In this document: piece by piece, positions 9,951 through 22,364 of the stretch
Layout: each line of letters starts with the position of its first letter
Numbering within the stretch: the first letter of the stretch is position 1
Origin: Utricularia gibba
Taxonomy: Eukaryota > Plantae > Magnoliophyta
NCBI GenBank assembly: GCA_002189035.1
Contig: NEEC01000002.1
Span: forward strand, 248,001-312,000
Length of the DNA stretch: 64,000 nt
Direction of reading: 5' to 3'
The notes under the pieces: generated by a model
Databases searched by the model: none
What the model was told of the DNA's origin: nothing
The model's input: only the letters and a program-made list of their open reading frames with translations
Position numbers and translations under genes: made by a program

Positions 9951-12900
9951 ATGGCGGTGCGGTCAACGTTGGCTCGGTTTCCGGCCGATCCGGTGGAGCA
10001 AGAAGCCAGTGCCGTGCCTTGGGGATGGTGCTAACGCCGTTCGCTGCAAAGGACGAGAACGACATTCCGCCGGTGTACGGATCCGGCGGGGAGATGTTGC
10101 CTCGGTGCGAGAATTGTTGGGCTTATTTCAATACTTACTGCGATATGGACCAGTGGTCTTGGGACTGCATTCTCTGCGGAACAACCAATGGTTTCACGCA
10201 AGAGAGAATTGAGCGATACTCGCGTCCCGATTCCTGCGCGGAGAATGTGTCCTCTTTTATCGATCTTGAATTGCCGTGTAATTACAGTTAACTTGATGGA
10301 GCTTGATGTTGGCTTAATTGTTTCAAATATTGTTGGGGGGGGGGGGGGTGCTTGTTGTCTAAGCCTTTGTGGTTTACTGTTTTTGACGGAGCCATAGTAC
10401 ATTTTGTGATTTTTTCTGGGGCACACTACGATCACAGCTATGGGAAATTTGTTCATGATGTCATATGGTTTTCATAGTTTTTAAATGGTTTTGCAGCGGA
10501 AGAAAGTGATGTACTGCAGGCTAAACCAGTTTATGTTGCTGCGGTTGATCTCTCCTGTAAGATTTTGTTAATTTTTCTGTAGATCATAATATTATCAGAT
10601 AGGTCAAGATATTTTGTAACTTTCCTCCTTCTGTTGTGTCTCACAGCAATGTAGATACTGAGTGGTTATTATGTGGAGTCATTGCTCTGTTTTATTTTGA
10701 TGCACTCAAGGTTTATGCCCGCCTATTTTAATGGCATGCAGTTCTCTAAGTTTCATGTGATTACTTTAGAACCATGTTTCTGCAATGTTGTTGCATAGTA
10801 GGATCCTTGACCTTTATCTTTTAAAACACACTTCTCCAGCTTCGGAAGAGTTTTTGGAGCTGACCAAAAGTTCGCTGTTGGCAGCATTGGAAGGCTAAGC
10901 TTTATATTCTGTCTGTTTCACTGTAGTTCTTAAAAATACAATTTTCGTTCTGATCTTAGAATATCGCTTCTGCAGCTCTTGGGCCTGGCTCGCTTTTTGG
11001 CCTGGCTGCATTCAGCCACAAATTAGGGCTATATGATGTTCAAGGGCCCATACCAGTGGTTAAAAATGTCTTTATTCCCCATGATTCTTCTGAGAGTCTC
11101 TCAGTTGAGCTTGAAGATGTGATGCCACTGGTTTCCTTTCTAGCCCCGGTATGTTAATAATGTTATTTTACCATGTTAATTGAGTTGAAGATGTGATGCC
11201 ACTTGTTTACCATTCAAGGTTGATACATGCAAAGAGCAAATTGTGTCTGCACTCGAAACACTGAAACCAACAACGTCATGGGGGCGTGCTGCAGCTCCTG
11301 GTCAAGGAGTTGATGGGGTTCTACTTGGCGGCCGTGGCTTTGGAGGGGCAATTGAAGCATTAATCAAATACATTGGATCAGAATATGGAAATACATATGC
11401 TCTAGGTGCGACAATACTCCACATTATTTTCAAAATTCGCCTCACTTCTTTGTATCCATCCATTCTAACACCAGTTCAGTGGAGAGCCACTAATTCAACA
11501 TTTACTAGTTCAAAGAGTTTCTAATCTCTGACCTCCTTCCACTTCTCCTATAATTGAAGTGCAGCTAGAATTTTTGCTTTTCTCTCTGGTCCTCCGGATT
11601 ATGGTCCTGGACAGTTAGACACTAGACGATATGGAGAGCAATATGCCAGTAAAGGAGAGGATGCAGATCGTGCTTTGCTTCCAGAACAAACACCGTTTTA
11701 CAAGGACTTGGTACTTGGAATATTAAGTATTCTATTCTTTCAGGAAGTTCATTAGATAATTAGTGTTCATATACGTCCACAGGCTGCTGTTGCTGTTCAA
11801 GCTGGAATTTGTGTTAATATATTTGCTGTTACGAATGAGTATACAGATTTGGCATCGTTGAAGTTTCTTAGCATTGAGAGTGGAGGATCATTGTTTCTTT
11901 ATTCAAGCACTGATGATTCAACCCTTCCACAAGATCTGTGAGTACAGTATCAGTGACAGAATTCAAGATTCCTTGTGTTAATGAATTTATGCATTCTAAA
12001 TACAGCAGTAAATTAGAAGCTCGTAGTGCAGGTACCGTATGTTGAGCCGACCATATGCTTTCAACTGTGTCCTACGGGTTAGGACATCTTCTAAATTTAA
12101 GCTTGGTCACTCAGTAAGTCATAGAGTTTTCACCTTAAATTACTTTCTCCATTCAGTAAATCATGTATAATACTTCTCATTGTATTCCAGTATGGACATT
12201 TCTTTCCTGATCCAGAATATGAGAATGTTCAGCATATAATATGCTGCGACTCCTTCGCTACATATGCATATGACTTTGATTTTGAAAATGAGGCTGGGTT
12301 CTCAAGGTAAGATCTTTGCTTGATTACAGATGTTGATTTACACGTGTCACTCTTCTGGAGGTTTGTTTGATTGAAAATGTCATTGCTGACGTTTTCTTTA
12401 AACAAGGGAGTTGATCCCAAATGATTGTCTGTTTGGAGCTTCAGTTTCCCGTTTCTTTAAGTATGTTTTATTGTGAATCCATGTTGCTTGTGAATGCCGT
12501 GTATATTGGTTTATCATTTTATGCTTTTTTTGGCTTTCGGTTTTTCTTCCCTTTTCCTAGCTGCCTCACCTTCCTACTCATTCTTCATTTTGATTTGAAT
12601 GGTGAAATAAGACTGAGCTTTTAAATTTCCTGGTTGCTTTTCGGGTTGGAAACGTTCAGTTTTGTCTTTGATCACTTTCTAGCTTCAAACAATTTTTGAA
12701 TGCTTTTATGTTGAAAAAAATGACTCATCGTTAAATAAGATTGAGCTTTTAAATTTCCTGTTTATTGGAAAGCTCAGTTTTGTCTTTGTTCACTTTCTAG
12801 CTTCAAACTATTTCCTAACACGTGCGTGAAAAAAAATGACTCGCTGTCTTTTCCCTTGCCCAGGCATAGGAGTGAGTCCCCAACCATACAGATTGCATTT

Positions 12901-14500
12901 CAATATTCTGTCATTGTGCGGCAGGATGATCTTCCAGCATCAAATGCAATCCCACTGAAAAGGTGCTTTTGATTTAAATTGTATGTCTTAGGCTTCTCTG
13001 TGCACACCTCTCTTCGTCTGCTGCCAAACATGCACATGCATTCCTAGCCTTTATGTGCTTTATTGTATATTTCAGAGCACAATACTCTGTGCAAAGGAGA
13101 TTGCGGATTAGAACAGTACAATTTGGAACTGCTCAAAACATTAATGAGATCTATGATACTGTTGACAGCGAAGTAATCCTGAGCATACTTGTGCACGAGG
13201 TAAAATATAAAGATTCGATGTCTTTGTGTGCTTAAGTGAAATTTGAGTATTTCAAATGCTTTCCCTAAGTATCCACGAATTTCGTTCAGTACAGGAGTAG
13301 TTCACAATGCATTTATTTGTTTCATCAGTGCTGGGGTTGATGTGATCATTTATCATTGAACAAGCTTTTCCCCTAACCATAATCCTCCTAGGATTACCTT
13401 CCTTTAAATTTGAAGGTTCGGATGAATGAATTCGGCTACCTTTCAAACTGTTATGCTGATTTTCAGGTTATATTGTCTTCTTTGGAGAATGGAGTCCGCG
13501 AAGGCAGGATTTTATTGCATGAGTGGCTTGTAAATCTAACAGCACAATATAATGCTACCTTGAAGAATGCTCAAGCTGCAAGAGGAAGCTCGCCTGCAAA
13601 TCCTATTGATGTTGCCTTCACCCAATGGCCTCAACTCCAACCCTTGCCCCGACTAGTTTTTGCTTTATTGCGCAATCCTCTTCTTCGCTTTCATGAAGAA
13701 GGTGTCCATCCGGACTACCGAATCTATCTTCAGTGTCTTTTCAGGTAACTGCATTTCAGTGCCATCATACACATTTTGACTAGGCATCAAGATTCTTGTT
13801 ATATTGCGCAGGCATTCCATTAGAATCTACTTCGAATTCTTGTTTACTGACACCTAAAGATGGAAATGACGTTGATGCCTTTTTGTAGTGCGCTTGAGCC
13901 AGCATCGCTTACCCGTGCTATATACCCCTTGTTGATGTCCTTCGAGAACCTGGATAAGCAAGCATTCCCTCGCCATTCCTTGAGTCGTGCAGCCCTAATA
14001 ACTTGCGGCAGTCCGATATTTTTGCTGGATGCTTTCACATCTCTTGTTGTGTTTTACTCGTCCGCAGCTGATGCTACACTCCCTTTTCCTCCACCTCAGG
14101 ACTGTAAGTCGCTCTTCCACCACCATCTTGTTTGCTTCTGATATAGAAGAAATTGCCTACGTGTATTTAGCTGCAGCACTTGAGCCCCAACTTGTTTTTA
14201 TCAGAAGTAGAGCTCATGCATTATATCCATGTATCATTCAGGAAGTTCCTGTATCTAAACTGCGATATCTCTTCACCAGGCCTCCTGAGAGCCACAGTGA
14301 ACAAGCTTAAGCAGGAGCGGATCATTACTCCTAAGGTCCTCTATCTACGGGCTGGACAGGATGATGCCACTCCATTTGAGAACTACCTGATCGAAGAACA
14401 AGACGTGGCGGGAAGCGGCTTCACTAGCGCCATGGGTTTCGTGTCCTTCCTCGACGAGATCAACCATGATGTACTGGAATACGTGAGCAAATCATCATAA
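9951..14500 (+). CDS. SEC23/SEC24 family COPII coat protein (divergent At2g27460/SEC23D-like), multi-exon, with an apparent 1-bp frameshift at about 10021-10024
   Basis: MAVRSTLARFPADPVEQEASAVPW[G]MVLTPFAAKD...LPRCENCWAYFNTYCDMDQWSWDCILCG zinc finger, YVAAVDLSSS vWA motif, GGRGFGGA, YRMLSRPYAFNCVLRVRTS, RALITCGSPIFLLDAF, ENYLIEEQD. Exons were traced by hand with consistent phases. Confidence 0.9.
11105..11211 (+). repeat. ~32-bp copy of the 3' end of a SEC23 exon repeated inside the following 70-bp intron
   Basis: Exon ttgagcttgaagatgtgatgccactggtttcc (11105-11136) versus intron ttgagttgaagatgtgatgccacttgtttacc (11180-11211). Confidence 0.85.
12608..12845. repeat. Imperfect ~125-bp tandem duplication in a SEC23 intron
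   Basis: aaga(c/t)tgagcttttaaatttcctg...ttttgtctttg(a/t)tcactttctagcttcaaac...aaaaaaatgactc occurs at about 12608-12730 and 12737-12845. Confidence 0.85.
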
Positions 14501-14967
14501 GCGTGATTGGAACCCGTTAGAATCAAGCGTTGGAGCTAGAAGATTGTTGACAAAGAACTGAACCAGGTTATGAACTTGCTTGTTTCTCGTCTCCGGAAAG
14601 AGCCTCATTTTTCATGCGTGTGTTTTCATGAAAGTTTCATGGGCATCAACAGCACCGTTGTGGTTTGTATACTTGGTTTCTTTTCAGGATGTCCACTCTT
14701 ATCTTAAGTACGATGGGGTAATTTTAATTAAGTTAATGTAATGATTGAATATTGATGTGGGTTCATTGTTCAATTAAAGGAAGTTATGGGGCTGTATTTT
14801 TAGATACAGTAAGAAAGAACGCGACGGAATAGATGAATTGGACGTCAAGGAAAACCAGCGCGAACCGTCTGGAAGAAGATTCCAAATTCAGCGTCATTGC
14901 TTCTCTTTTTTTTCCGATTCCAAATAGGGTTTTGTGATCGGATTTCCTCCCGGGGTTTTCATTCGCC

Positions 14968-17858
14968 ATGAAACCGATTAGGCTACCGGAGCCACCAGGG
15001 AGTCCCCGACCGATGGCAGGGATTCCTGATATTTTCGAGGGTGGGGTACACAGTGTCCTGCGCCGCGCCGTCATCATCGGAAATGGCTATCCTTCGTCGG
15101 AGAATCAAAGCGCTGGATTGGTTCGTGCCCTTGGTCTCTCAGACAACAAGAAGCTGTATGTAAGTCCCATCGCTTGAGAACTCTCGTAACTAATTTTGAT
15201 TTTTTTTTTCTTTTCTGGGTGTAACTGGGAATCCAAGTGGCGTTGTTGTTACTGTGACATTGGAAGCTTACTCAGGGGATTCTTTTTATCTGTTTCAGTC
15301 GAACCGATTTTGCTCCTTGGTCTTGGTATACCTTGTTTTTCTAAAGTATTATTTTCTAATCAAAGGCAATTAATGTTTTCCAAGGAGCCCTGATATCCGT
15401 TGAATGCCAATGAATACCTACTCAGTTATATGCTCCTTTATCGTAATTTATATGGATAAAGCTCATGTGCTCCTTGCTCTGGAAGGGATCACCGTATTTT
15501 GCACATTTTCTGTGTGGTCAGATCAAACTAGATTGCAGCATTCTGTCTCAGCAGGTCGTCTAAGACTTGCTTGTCAGAGTTCCCTGAGATATGTGGTCAT
15601 GGCGGTTTTTCTTTTTATTAGGAAATAACGATTCTTCTATTTCTTTGTTCAGCGGGTTACCAGGCCATCTGGAGGAGTCAGCGAGTGTCTTCACTGGCTT
15701 CCAGTTTCCATCCACAAGAAATTGCACTACATCATCTGTCTGGTATGTCGGTATTCACGAAAACTACTCTCTGGTAGTGGTAAAAAACTAGTGCCACTAT
15801 CAAGGGAGGATGGTGGAAATATAGGGTTATCATCAGTGCTGGAAGCTGATGTAAAGAGTATTGTAAGAATGGCTAAAGAGACTTTTGAGAGGTAAGACAC
15901 TTCCTTCTTCTTTCTGCTTTTCAGATGTACAACCTTTCTTAACTTTATAAAACATTTCTGAGCCATGGATCTTATTTTGTGGTTTGATGTGCAATATTTT
16001 CAGTGACGGTCCCCTACTTGTGGTTGCATCTGGTAGAGATACTGTTTCAATTGCAAGCTCCATAAGAAGACTAGCATCTGAAAATGTGTTTGTTATCCAG
16101 GTTGGAGGGTTGTCATGTATTCAGGATCAGTGATGGATTAATTATAATGCTATTAGAAACATACGGATAGGATGAATATGATGACAGGTTGGAGGGTTGT
16201 CATGTATTCAGGATCAGTGATGGATTAATTATAATGCTATTAGAAACATACGGATAGGATGAATATGATGACTCTATGGACCCGGTGTTTTTTCCCCAGA
16301 AGAAAGAAATAGCATTGATAATCGCAATTAAGCATTTTTTTTTTCTGTTTTCTGCCTGCGGCCTCTAGGGTTTTCTGATTCTCATTAAATGTGTGATGCT
16401 ATCTGTACTCCAGACTAACTTGCGCTTAATATGTATATATTTCATGCTGTCAAAAGGCTTCCTGAGTCAGTTTCCTTAATCTTTGTAAATAGATTTCATA
16501 TCATTTATATCATCAGATCCTCAGTAATTACATTCCTTTCTTTGCAGATTCAGCATCCTAGATCTCATGTTCACAGGTTTGATATGGTTATAACACCACA
16601 GCATGATTATTACCCATTGACCCCTCAAGGACAAGAGCAAGTTCCTCGCCTTCTCAGGAAGTGGATAACTCCACACGAACCCCCAGATTCCCATATTGTA
16701 TACACTTTGAATACATTAGTTCGTATGAATTGTTCTCATCAACATCTGACCTTTGCTTTATCGGGTAGGTTCTTACAACAGGAGCACTTCATCAAGTCGA
16801 TTCTTCTGCCCTCCGAGCTGCAGCTAATGCATGGCATGATGAGCTTGCACCCTTACCCAAGCCGTTGCTTGTAGTAAATATTGGAGGGCCTACAAGTAGT
16901 CTCCTGTTACTAGAGCCTTTCTTGCTCTTTTTGTCGGTTTTTTTTAATTTACTCAAGTAAGATTATCAATCACAGTTATGGTTGTATGTCTTGATAGGGT
17001 ACTGCAAGTATAGTACAGACCTTGCAAAGCAATTGGTCGCATCACTACATAATGTCTTTGAAAGCTGTGGAAGTGTCAGGATTTCTTTCTCGCGAAGGAC
17101 ACCTGATAAGGTAACTAGTGTACAAGCTTTAAATCTTCTTCCAAAAAATTAAAATGTAGTATGTTTATGTGTTATCATACTTAATTTTCTCTACTCTTTG
17201 GTGAGAAACAGTTTTCGAATATTATTCTCAAGGAACTTGGCACTCATCCAAAGGTATACATATGGGATGGTGAAGGTAATTCTCAAAATCCAATTAAGAG
17301 GATGTTTAGACAGTTGCATTTCTCATATGGGATGAACTTTGAGATGCAATTCAACCTACAGAACCCAACCCACACATGGGGCATTTAGCTTGGGCAAACT
17401 CTTTTGTGATCACCGCCGACTCTGTTAGCATGCTGAGCGAAGCATGCAGCACTGGGTATGGACAGTCGCACCTGATGTTCCAACAGCGCACTCCTTGTTA
17501 TATTGATTTGATGGTCTGTGTAGGAAACCTGTTTATGTTGTCGGAGCGGAACGCTGTACATGGAAGTTTGTGGACTTCCATCAGAGGCTGAGAGAAAGGG
17601 GCCTGGTTCGACCTTTCACTGGTTTTGAGGATGTAAGTGACAGCTGAATCCTTTCTTATGTTGGCCATGTGCTTATGGTATTTCTGTCAGATGTGAAAAT
17701 GCAAGTGATATTCCAGATACAACTACTTCCCTCCCATTAACGTACCTTGATTTCAGATGTCTGAGAGCTGGAGCTATCCTCCTCTGAATGACACCCAAGA
17801 GGCAGCAAATAAGGTACGGAAAGCTCTCGCTGAACGTGGATGGAGATTGCTGCAGTAG
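14968..17858 (+). CDS. ELM1: Mitochondrial fission protein ELM1 (ELONGATED MITOCHONDRIA 1 family)
   Basis: MKPIRLPEPPGSP...RRAVIIGNGYPSSENQSAGLVRALGL, VVASGRDTVSIAS, IQHPRSHVHRFDMVITPQHDYYPL, ISFSRRTP, NPHMGHLAWANSFVITADSVSMLSEACSTGKPVYVVG. Ends ...RGWRLLQ-TAG at 17856-17858. All exons traced in frame. Confidence 0.93.
16099..16272 (+). repeat. Perfect 87-bp tandem duplication starting at the exon-intron junction AG|GT of an ELM1 intron
   Basis: aggttggagggttgtcatg...gatgaatatgatgac is identical at 16099-16185 and 16186-16272. Confidence 0.92.
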
Positions 17859-18690
17859 AACCAAGCAACCTCCTGCTTTGTGTGTTGGATCAGCTTCCTC
17901 TTGTGCGAAGCTGTGCCTGTAGGTTTCTCCATCCGCAGAGATTGGGACCACACAGATGATATGCTACGGGTATATTTGGATCATGAACAGCTGTTGATTC
18001 TTTACCTCTACGGGTGGCGGCGCCGGAGTTCTGCGCTGTGCTGCCCGTAAAATAAAATTATATTCAGTCACAGGGAATTGAAATGGAGATCTACGACATC
18101 AGTTACTGCGTTTTGTTTTGTTTTTTTTTTTATTTGGAAATGTTTATTATTTATTTAAAACATTTTGGATTAAAAATAAATGAAAAAAGAGAGAAACAAG
18201 AAAAGTTCGGAAGTCAAAACTATGCTGGTGTAATCAATGGCGGTTTTTCTAACCGTTGCAGATTTTGGGGAATCTGTTTGCAAAGTAAAAGCTCTTTCAT
18301 CATTGATTCCTTGCAGTCCGCAGTTCACACTCTGGAGAGCAGAAAAAACGAGAAGGGCGGCTTACTTCTTCCCGAGGCGAAGTGTTTTTGTCGCCGGGAA
18401 AGGCATTATGCTTTCTGATTACGGTTGCCCCGTTTAGTCAGATGTTGAACTTGGGCTTTGATCGGTAGGTTGAATCTCGATTTTAGGATTGAAAACTGAT
18501 TCGTTGGGGTTACAATGCGATTGACAAGAAAAGTGAAAGATGTGGAGATCTGTGCTCTTTTCAGCTTGTTTCTGGTTACATGAACTACTGTTTCATCTGG
18601 TTTTTTGGGCTTCGTGCAAGCTTTCTTCTAACTTTTCAGCCGTATTCTTGTGTATTTTTTAGGTTTTGTGGAGCAAAGTAGGAAGGGATA

Positions 18691-19343
18691 ATGTCGAGGC
18701 CAGTGCTGGTCGTTTTTCTGTTTTTGTTGTTGATCATAACCACTCAATTTGAGTGGAGGCAGCAGTTACCAAATGACATTGATACAAGTCTGGTTGGGTC
18801 TCAAAAGCAGCCACAAATATCAAAGAGGGAAGAAGGGGTTAAGGAGAAGGTAATGTTTGATCTTGATGAACATCATTCGTCTAGATTGTTGCAGGTCTAG
18901 TTTGTAACTAAGATTGTACGTTTATTTTTTGTGATGAGCTTGTTTCTGTTTCGGCGTGATTTGCGTTTGTATTTTACAATTTATATTGAGCTTTGAGTCG
19001 ACACATATGAAAATCATCCACACTTGAAAACTTGTACTTGGAATCCGTATGCTGCTACTGGGTGATAGGCTTGTTTTTTGCTTAGATTGTGCGAATTCCT
19101 ACTGAAGTATGGATGCTGAAACATTGCTGACTCCGTATGTCCTTTTGGCTATTTAAAGCTGGTTCATGAAGTGTGTTCCCTCTTTTCCAGATCATCTTGT
19201 CGCAGGAGAGGAAAATCCAGATGCTAAACGAGCTCGTTCGAAGTCTGAGAGAGCAGCTACAACAATGCAGGAACAACAGCGAGAGTATGAACGGCAATAC
19301 GAGGAACATGGAGCTCGAACAACATCAAATTCTTGATGACTGA
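18691..19343 (+). CDS. Small conserved plant protein with an N-terminal signal/TM helix and a coiled coil (uncharacterised), 2 exons
   Basis: Exon 18691-18849 MSRPVLVVFLFLLLIITTQFEWRQQL...SKREEGVKEK joined to exon 19191-19343 IILSQERKIQMLNELVRSLREQLQQCRNN...HQILDD*. Resembles a recurrent uncharacterised angiosperm family (from memory, not searched). Confidence 0.8.
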
Positions 19344-19977
19344 ACTTGGGTGAATATTAAGCATTTTCGTTCCAGCTTTTCCACTGTAGGCTTTTCGAAC
19401 CCACATTCCCCCCTTTGGGGTGCAGGTGCGTAGAAGCATAACCCTTCAAGTGTAACAGGTGAAGTGAAGGATGCAGGTGAGAACAGAAGAAGGAACAGGA
19501 GATCCCCCACGTCTTTTTGGGCTTGGGAGCTGACACCTGTGTTCACTGCCGGCTATTTTCTGGGATCTACAAGCAATGATCATTCCTGAAACAATGTTCA
19601 ATGTGAGTAATGGATACTGAACCAATGGTATATCGGGTCTCTGGTGAAACAGTTGTTCGCCAAGTATTCTTGCTATTTCGGCACAACAGATAACCCAGTC
19701 TTTCCGCACATAGTGTTGGTGGAATTAAATTCCTTGTCCCCTCGGTGGTAGCCAAACAAATATAGAATGCATGAATTGCAAGACAGGGATCCGAGACTGT
19801 TACTGAATCAGAGATGCAGTTAGTCTCCAAAATACAAAGTACAATCATCAAATGCGATGGTCACACCATCTTTTACTCGTCTAAGGTCATCGCCAATCAT
19901 AATATGGTAAGTATTTCCTGCCCTATTTGCTAGAGTGCAATCGCAATACACCGGAGTTTCAGGGATCACTTGCCTGA

Positions 19978-22047
19978 TCACTGCTGGGCGCATTGGACCC
20001 TCTGGGCGCCGCCATGCATCTCCTCATCTTCGTCATAAGCTTCCTGACGTTGTGCTTGCTTCCTTCTCATCTCATCCTCTATGTTGACATCGTGCAGGGT
20101 TGTCTCCTCGCAGTTGTCAAGCTCGATTTCCGTCATCTCCAGCTGTGGCTTTGGAGGGAGGACTTTTAAGAGGGAGCCAACTTGATCAGGAGTAAAGGAA
20201 TCTGGGAATTCCACACTGAAATGAATGTAAAGATTGCCCTTCATGAACGGCCTCTGGTACATTGGCATCCCTTCTTCGTTAACTGACTTGAACGAATCTA
20301 TGAAGAACAAAGACTTAGTGGATTTGTGCTGTGAAAAATAATGGCCATTCATGGTGAAAAAACACTCACCAGGTTTCACAACTTCCCCGGGTTGTGATTT
20401 TATGAGAAGATTCCTTCCATCTAGGTGGACAAGAATAAACTGGAAGCCACATAAGGCTTCGGTGAGCGAAAGAGTGTGCTCAAAGAAGAGATCGTCCCCC
20501 TTTCTCTTGAATTTTCCATGGTCCTTCTGTTGGAGCACAAACACTATGTCTCCCGTGACCGTATCAGGCTGCAGCAAGACAAAAACAAGGTTGTAGTGAT
20601 AAGCATAAGCGTGATGTGCATTTTATTTCGTATTGAAAAGTGCTTTAGCAAACCATGCATACCGCTTCGTCAGCTTCACCAGCAAATGTAATTCTCTGCC
20701 CGTTCTGCATACCCTTCTCGACATGGACTTCCAGGACTTTTTTCTCCTGGACAACCTTCTCTCCCTTGCATTGAGGACAACGATCCCTGTCATTTATGGT
20801 CTCTCCAGTTCCCTTGCAATCGTTACAATGATGCTGCATTTGCTGAATCATTCCAGGGCCAAGCTGCCGAATAGTGACCTTCATACCAGACCCTTGACAC
20901 CCTGAGCACTTTAATGATGCTCCAGATTTGGACCCTTTACTGTGAAAAGTATTGAACGGATGCAAATGAGATTGCAGTCAGTAACTTAATCATAGTGACT
21001 CAATAGATAGGAGGAAAAAAATCAAAACATGAAATGAGCCAAGGAACTGCAGAAAATTGCCACAGATCATCAGATACCTACCCATCACACTTTGCACATA
21101 TTACATTGCGTGAAAGCGACAGCTTCTTAGAGGTTCCAAGATACAAATCCTCAAGAGACACCTTAAGTTGATGGACTACATCCTCTCCCCTCCGCTGCCT
21201 CCGCCCCCTACCACTCCCTCCACCTGGTGGTCGCCAGAAAAAATACACAAACGATCAGGAAAATATGGAAATCCCATCTATTGAAATAGAGATGCGGGAA
21301 ACATGCAGTATGCATCACCTCCAAACCCCCCACCACCAAAGAAGGATGAGAAGATGTCAAAGGGATCATGCATGCCAGCACCACCACTACCCATCCCCTC
21401 CTTGAGAGCATCTTCACCATATTGATCGTATATGTCACGTTTCTCTGGGTCACTCAGAACCTCATAAGCATGTGCAAGCTCTTTGAACTGTATCAAATGA
21501 TCTTTAGCTTTTTAAGCAATGCCTAACAGGAGCAATCATAAAGGCGCAACCATAACAACAGAGACATCCCCACTACAAATTCCATGATCACACAAACAAC
21601 AATAGGAATCACGTACCCTATGGATTCAATCTCCAAAATTACGATTTTATGCACAAAAATTTGAAAAATCCATCCAGGGGTCAACAAAACACCTTGTCAA
21701 AAAGAACAACAAATGAAGGAAATGCAACACTCCGCACTCACAGAATTAAACCATGTATTTACAATGTCAATGCATCGAATTTCCCCATCAACAAATAAAC
21801 GCCCCAAATCCTCATAATTTCCAGTATAGACATCAACCACTCAAAAATCCAAGCCAAACACGTGAAAAAAAACAAAGAAAACTATCAGCACCTTCTCCGG
21901 ATCGCCACCCTTGTCAGGATGATTCTTGATAGCAGCTTTTTTATATGCCTTCTTCAAATCATCGGGTGACGCCGTCTTAGGGACTCCAAGGATGTCATAG
22001 TACTTGGTGTTGTCGCTCTCGCTTCTCCTCGGTTGCCTCCCAAACAT
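19978..22047 (-). CDS. Type-I cytosolic DnaJ/Hsp40 (ATJ2/ATJ3-like), farnesylation CaaX CAQQ, with an in-frame TAG at 21207-21209
   Basis: J domain with HPD ([12 protein letters not shown]), G/F region, CxxCxGxG zinc-finger repeats ([24 protein letters not shown]), C-terminal RVQCAQQ*. Confidence 0.93.
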
Positions 22048-22287
22048 GTTGGGTACCCTTCAAGACCCCAGTCCCTGAATCGAGATCCAATCTAGAAGAT
22101 CCCCAGTCAGTTCAGAAGCGAAGAACAAGCGAGATCCACTTGCAGCGGCAGAAAGGAACTAGTAAGGGCTTCTGTACATATAGAGCTTCGGATTCGATCT
22201 CAGCCATTGGATCGTCACTTCGATGGTGGTCTAATTTTCCTCCCTCCACCCCACCGTTGATTAAACAATGGACGGCATAGATATCTC

Positions 22288-22364
22288 TTCTGGATGCTTC
22301 CGCTGAATCCGGAAGTGGGTCAAGTCTTGTAATGGGCTAGAAATTGGGCTTCTTATACGGCCCA
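22288..22364. promoter_or_regulatory. Imperfect heat-shock element plus Site II (TGGGCY) motifs upstream of DnaJ
   Basis: TTC-tg-GAT-gc-TTC at 22288-22300 (three nGAAn units, one mismatch). TGGGCT at 22333 and 22345, GGCCCA at 22359. About 110 bp upstream of a TATA-like element near 22180. Confidence 0.45.
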
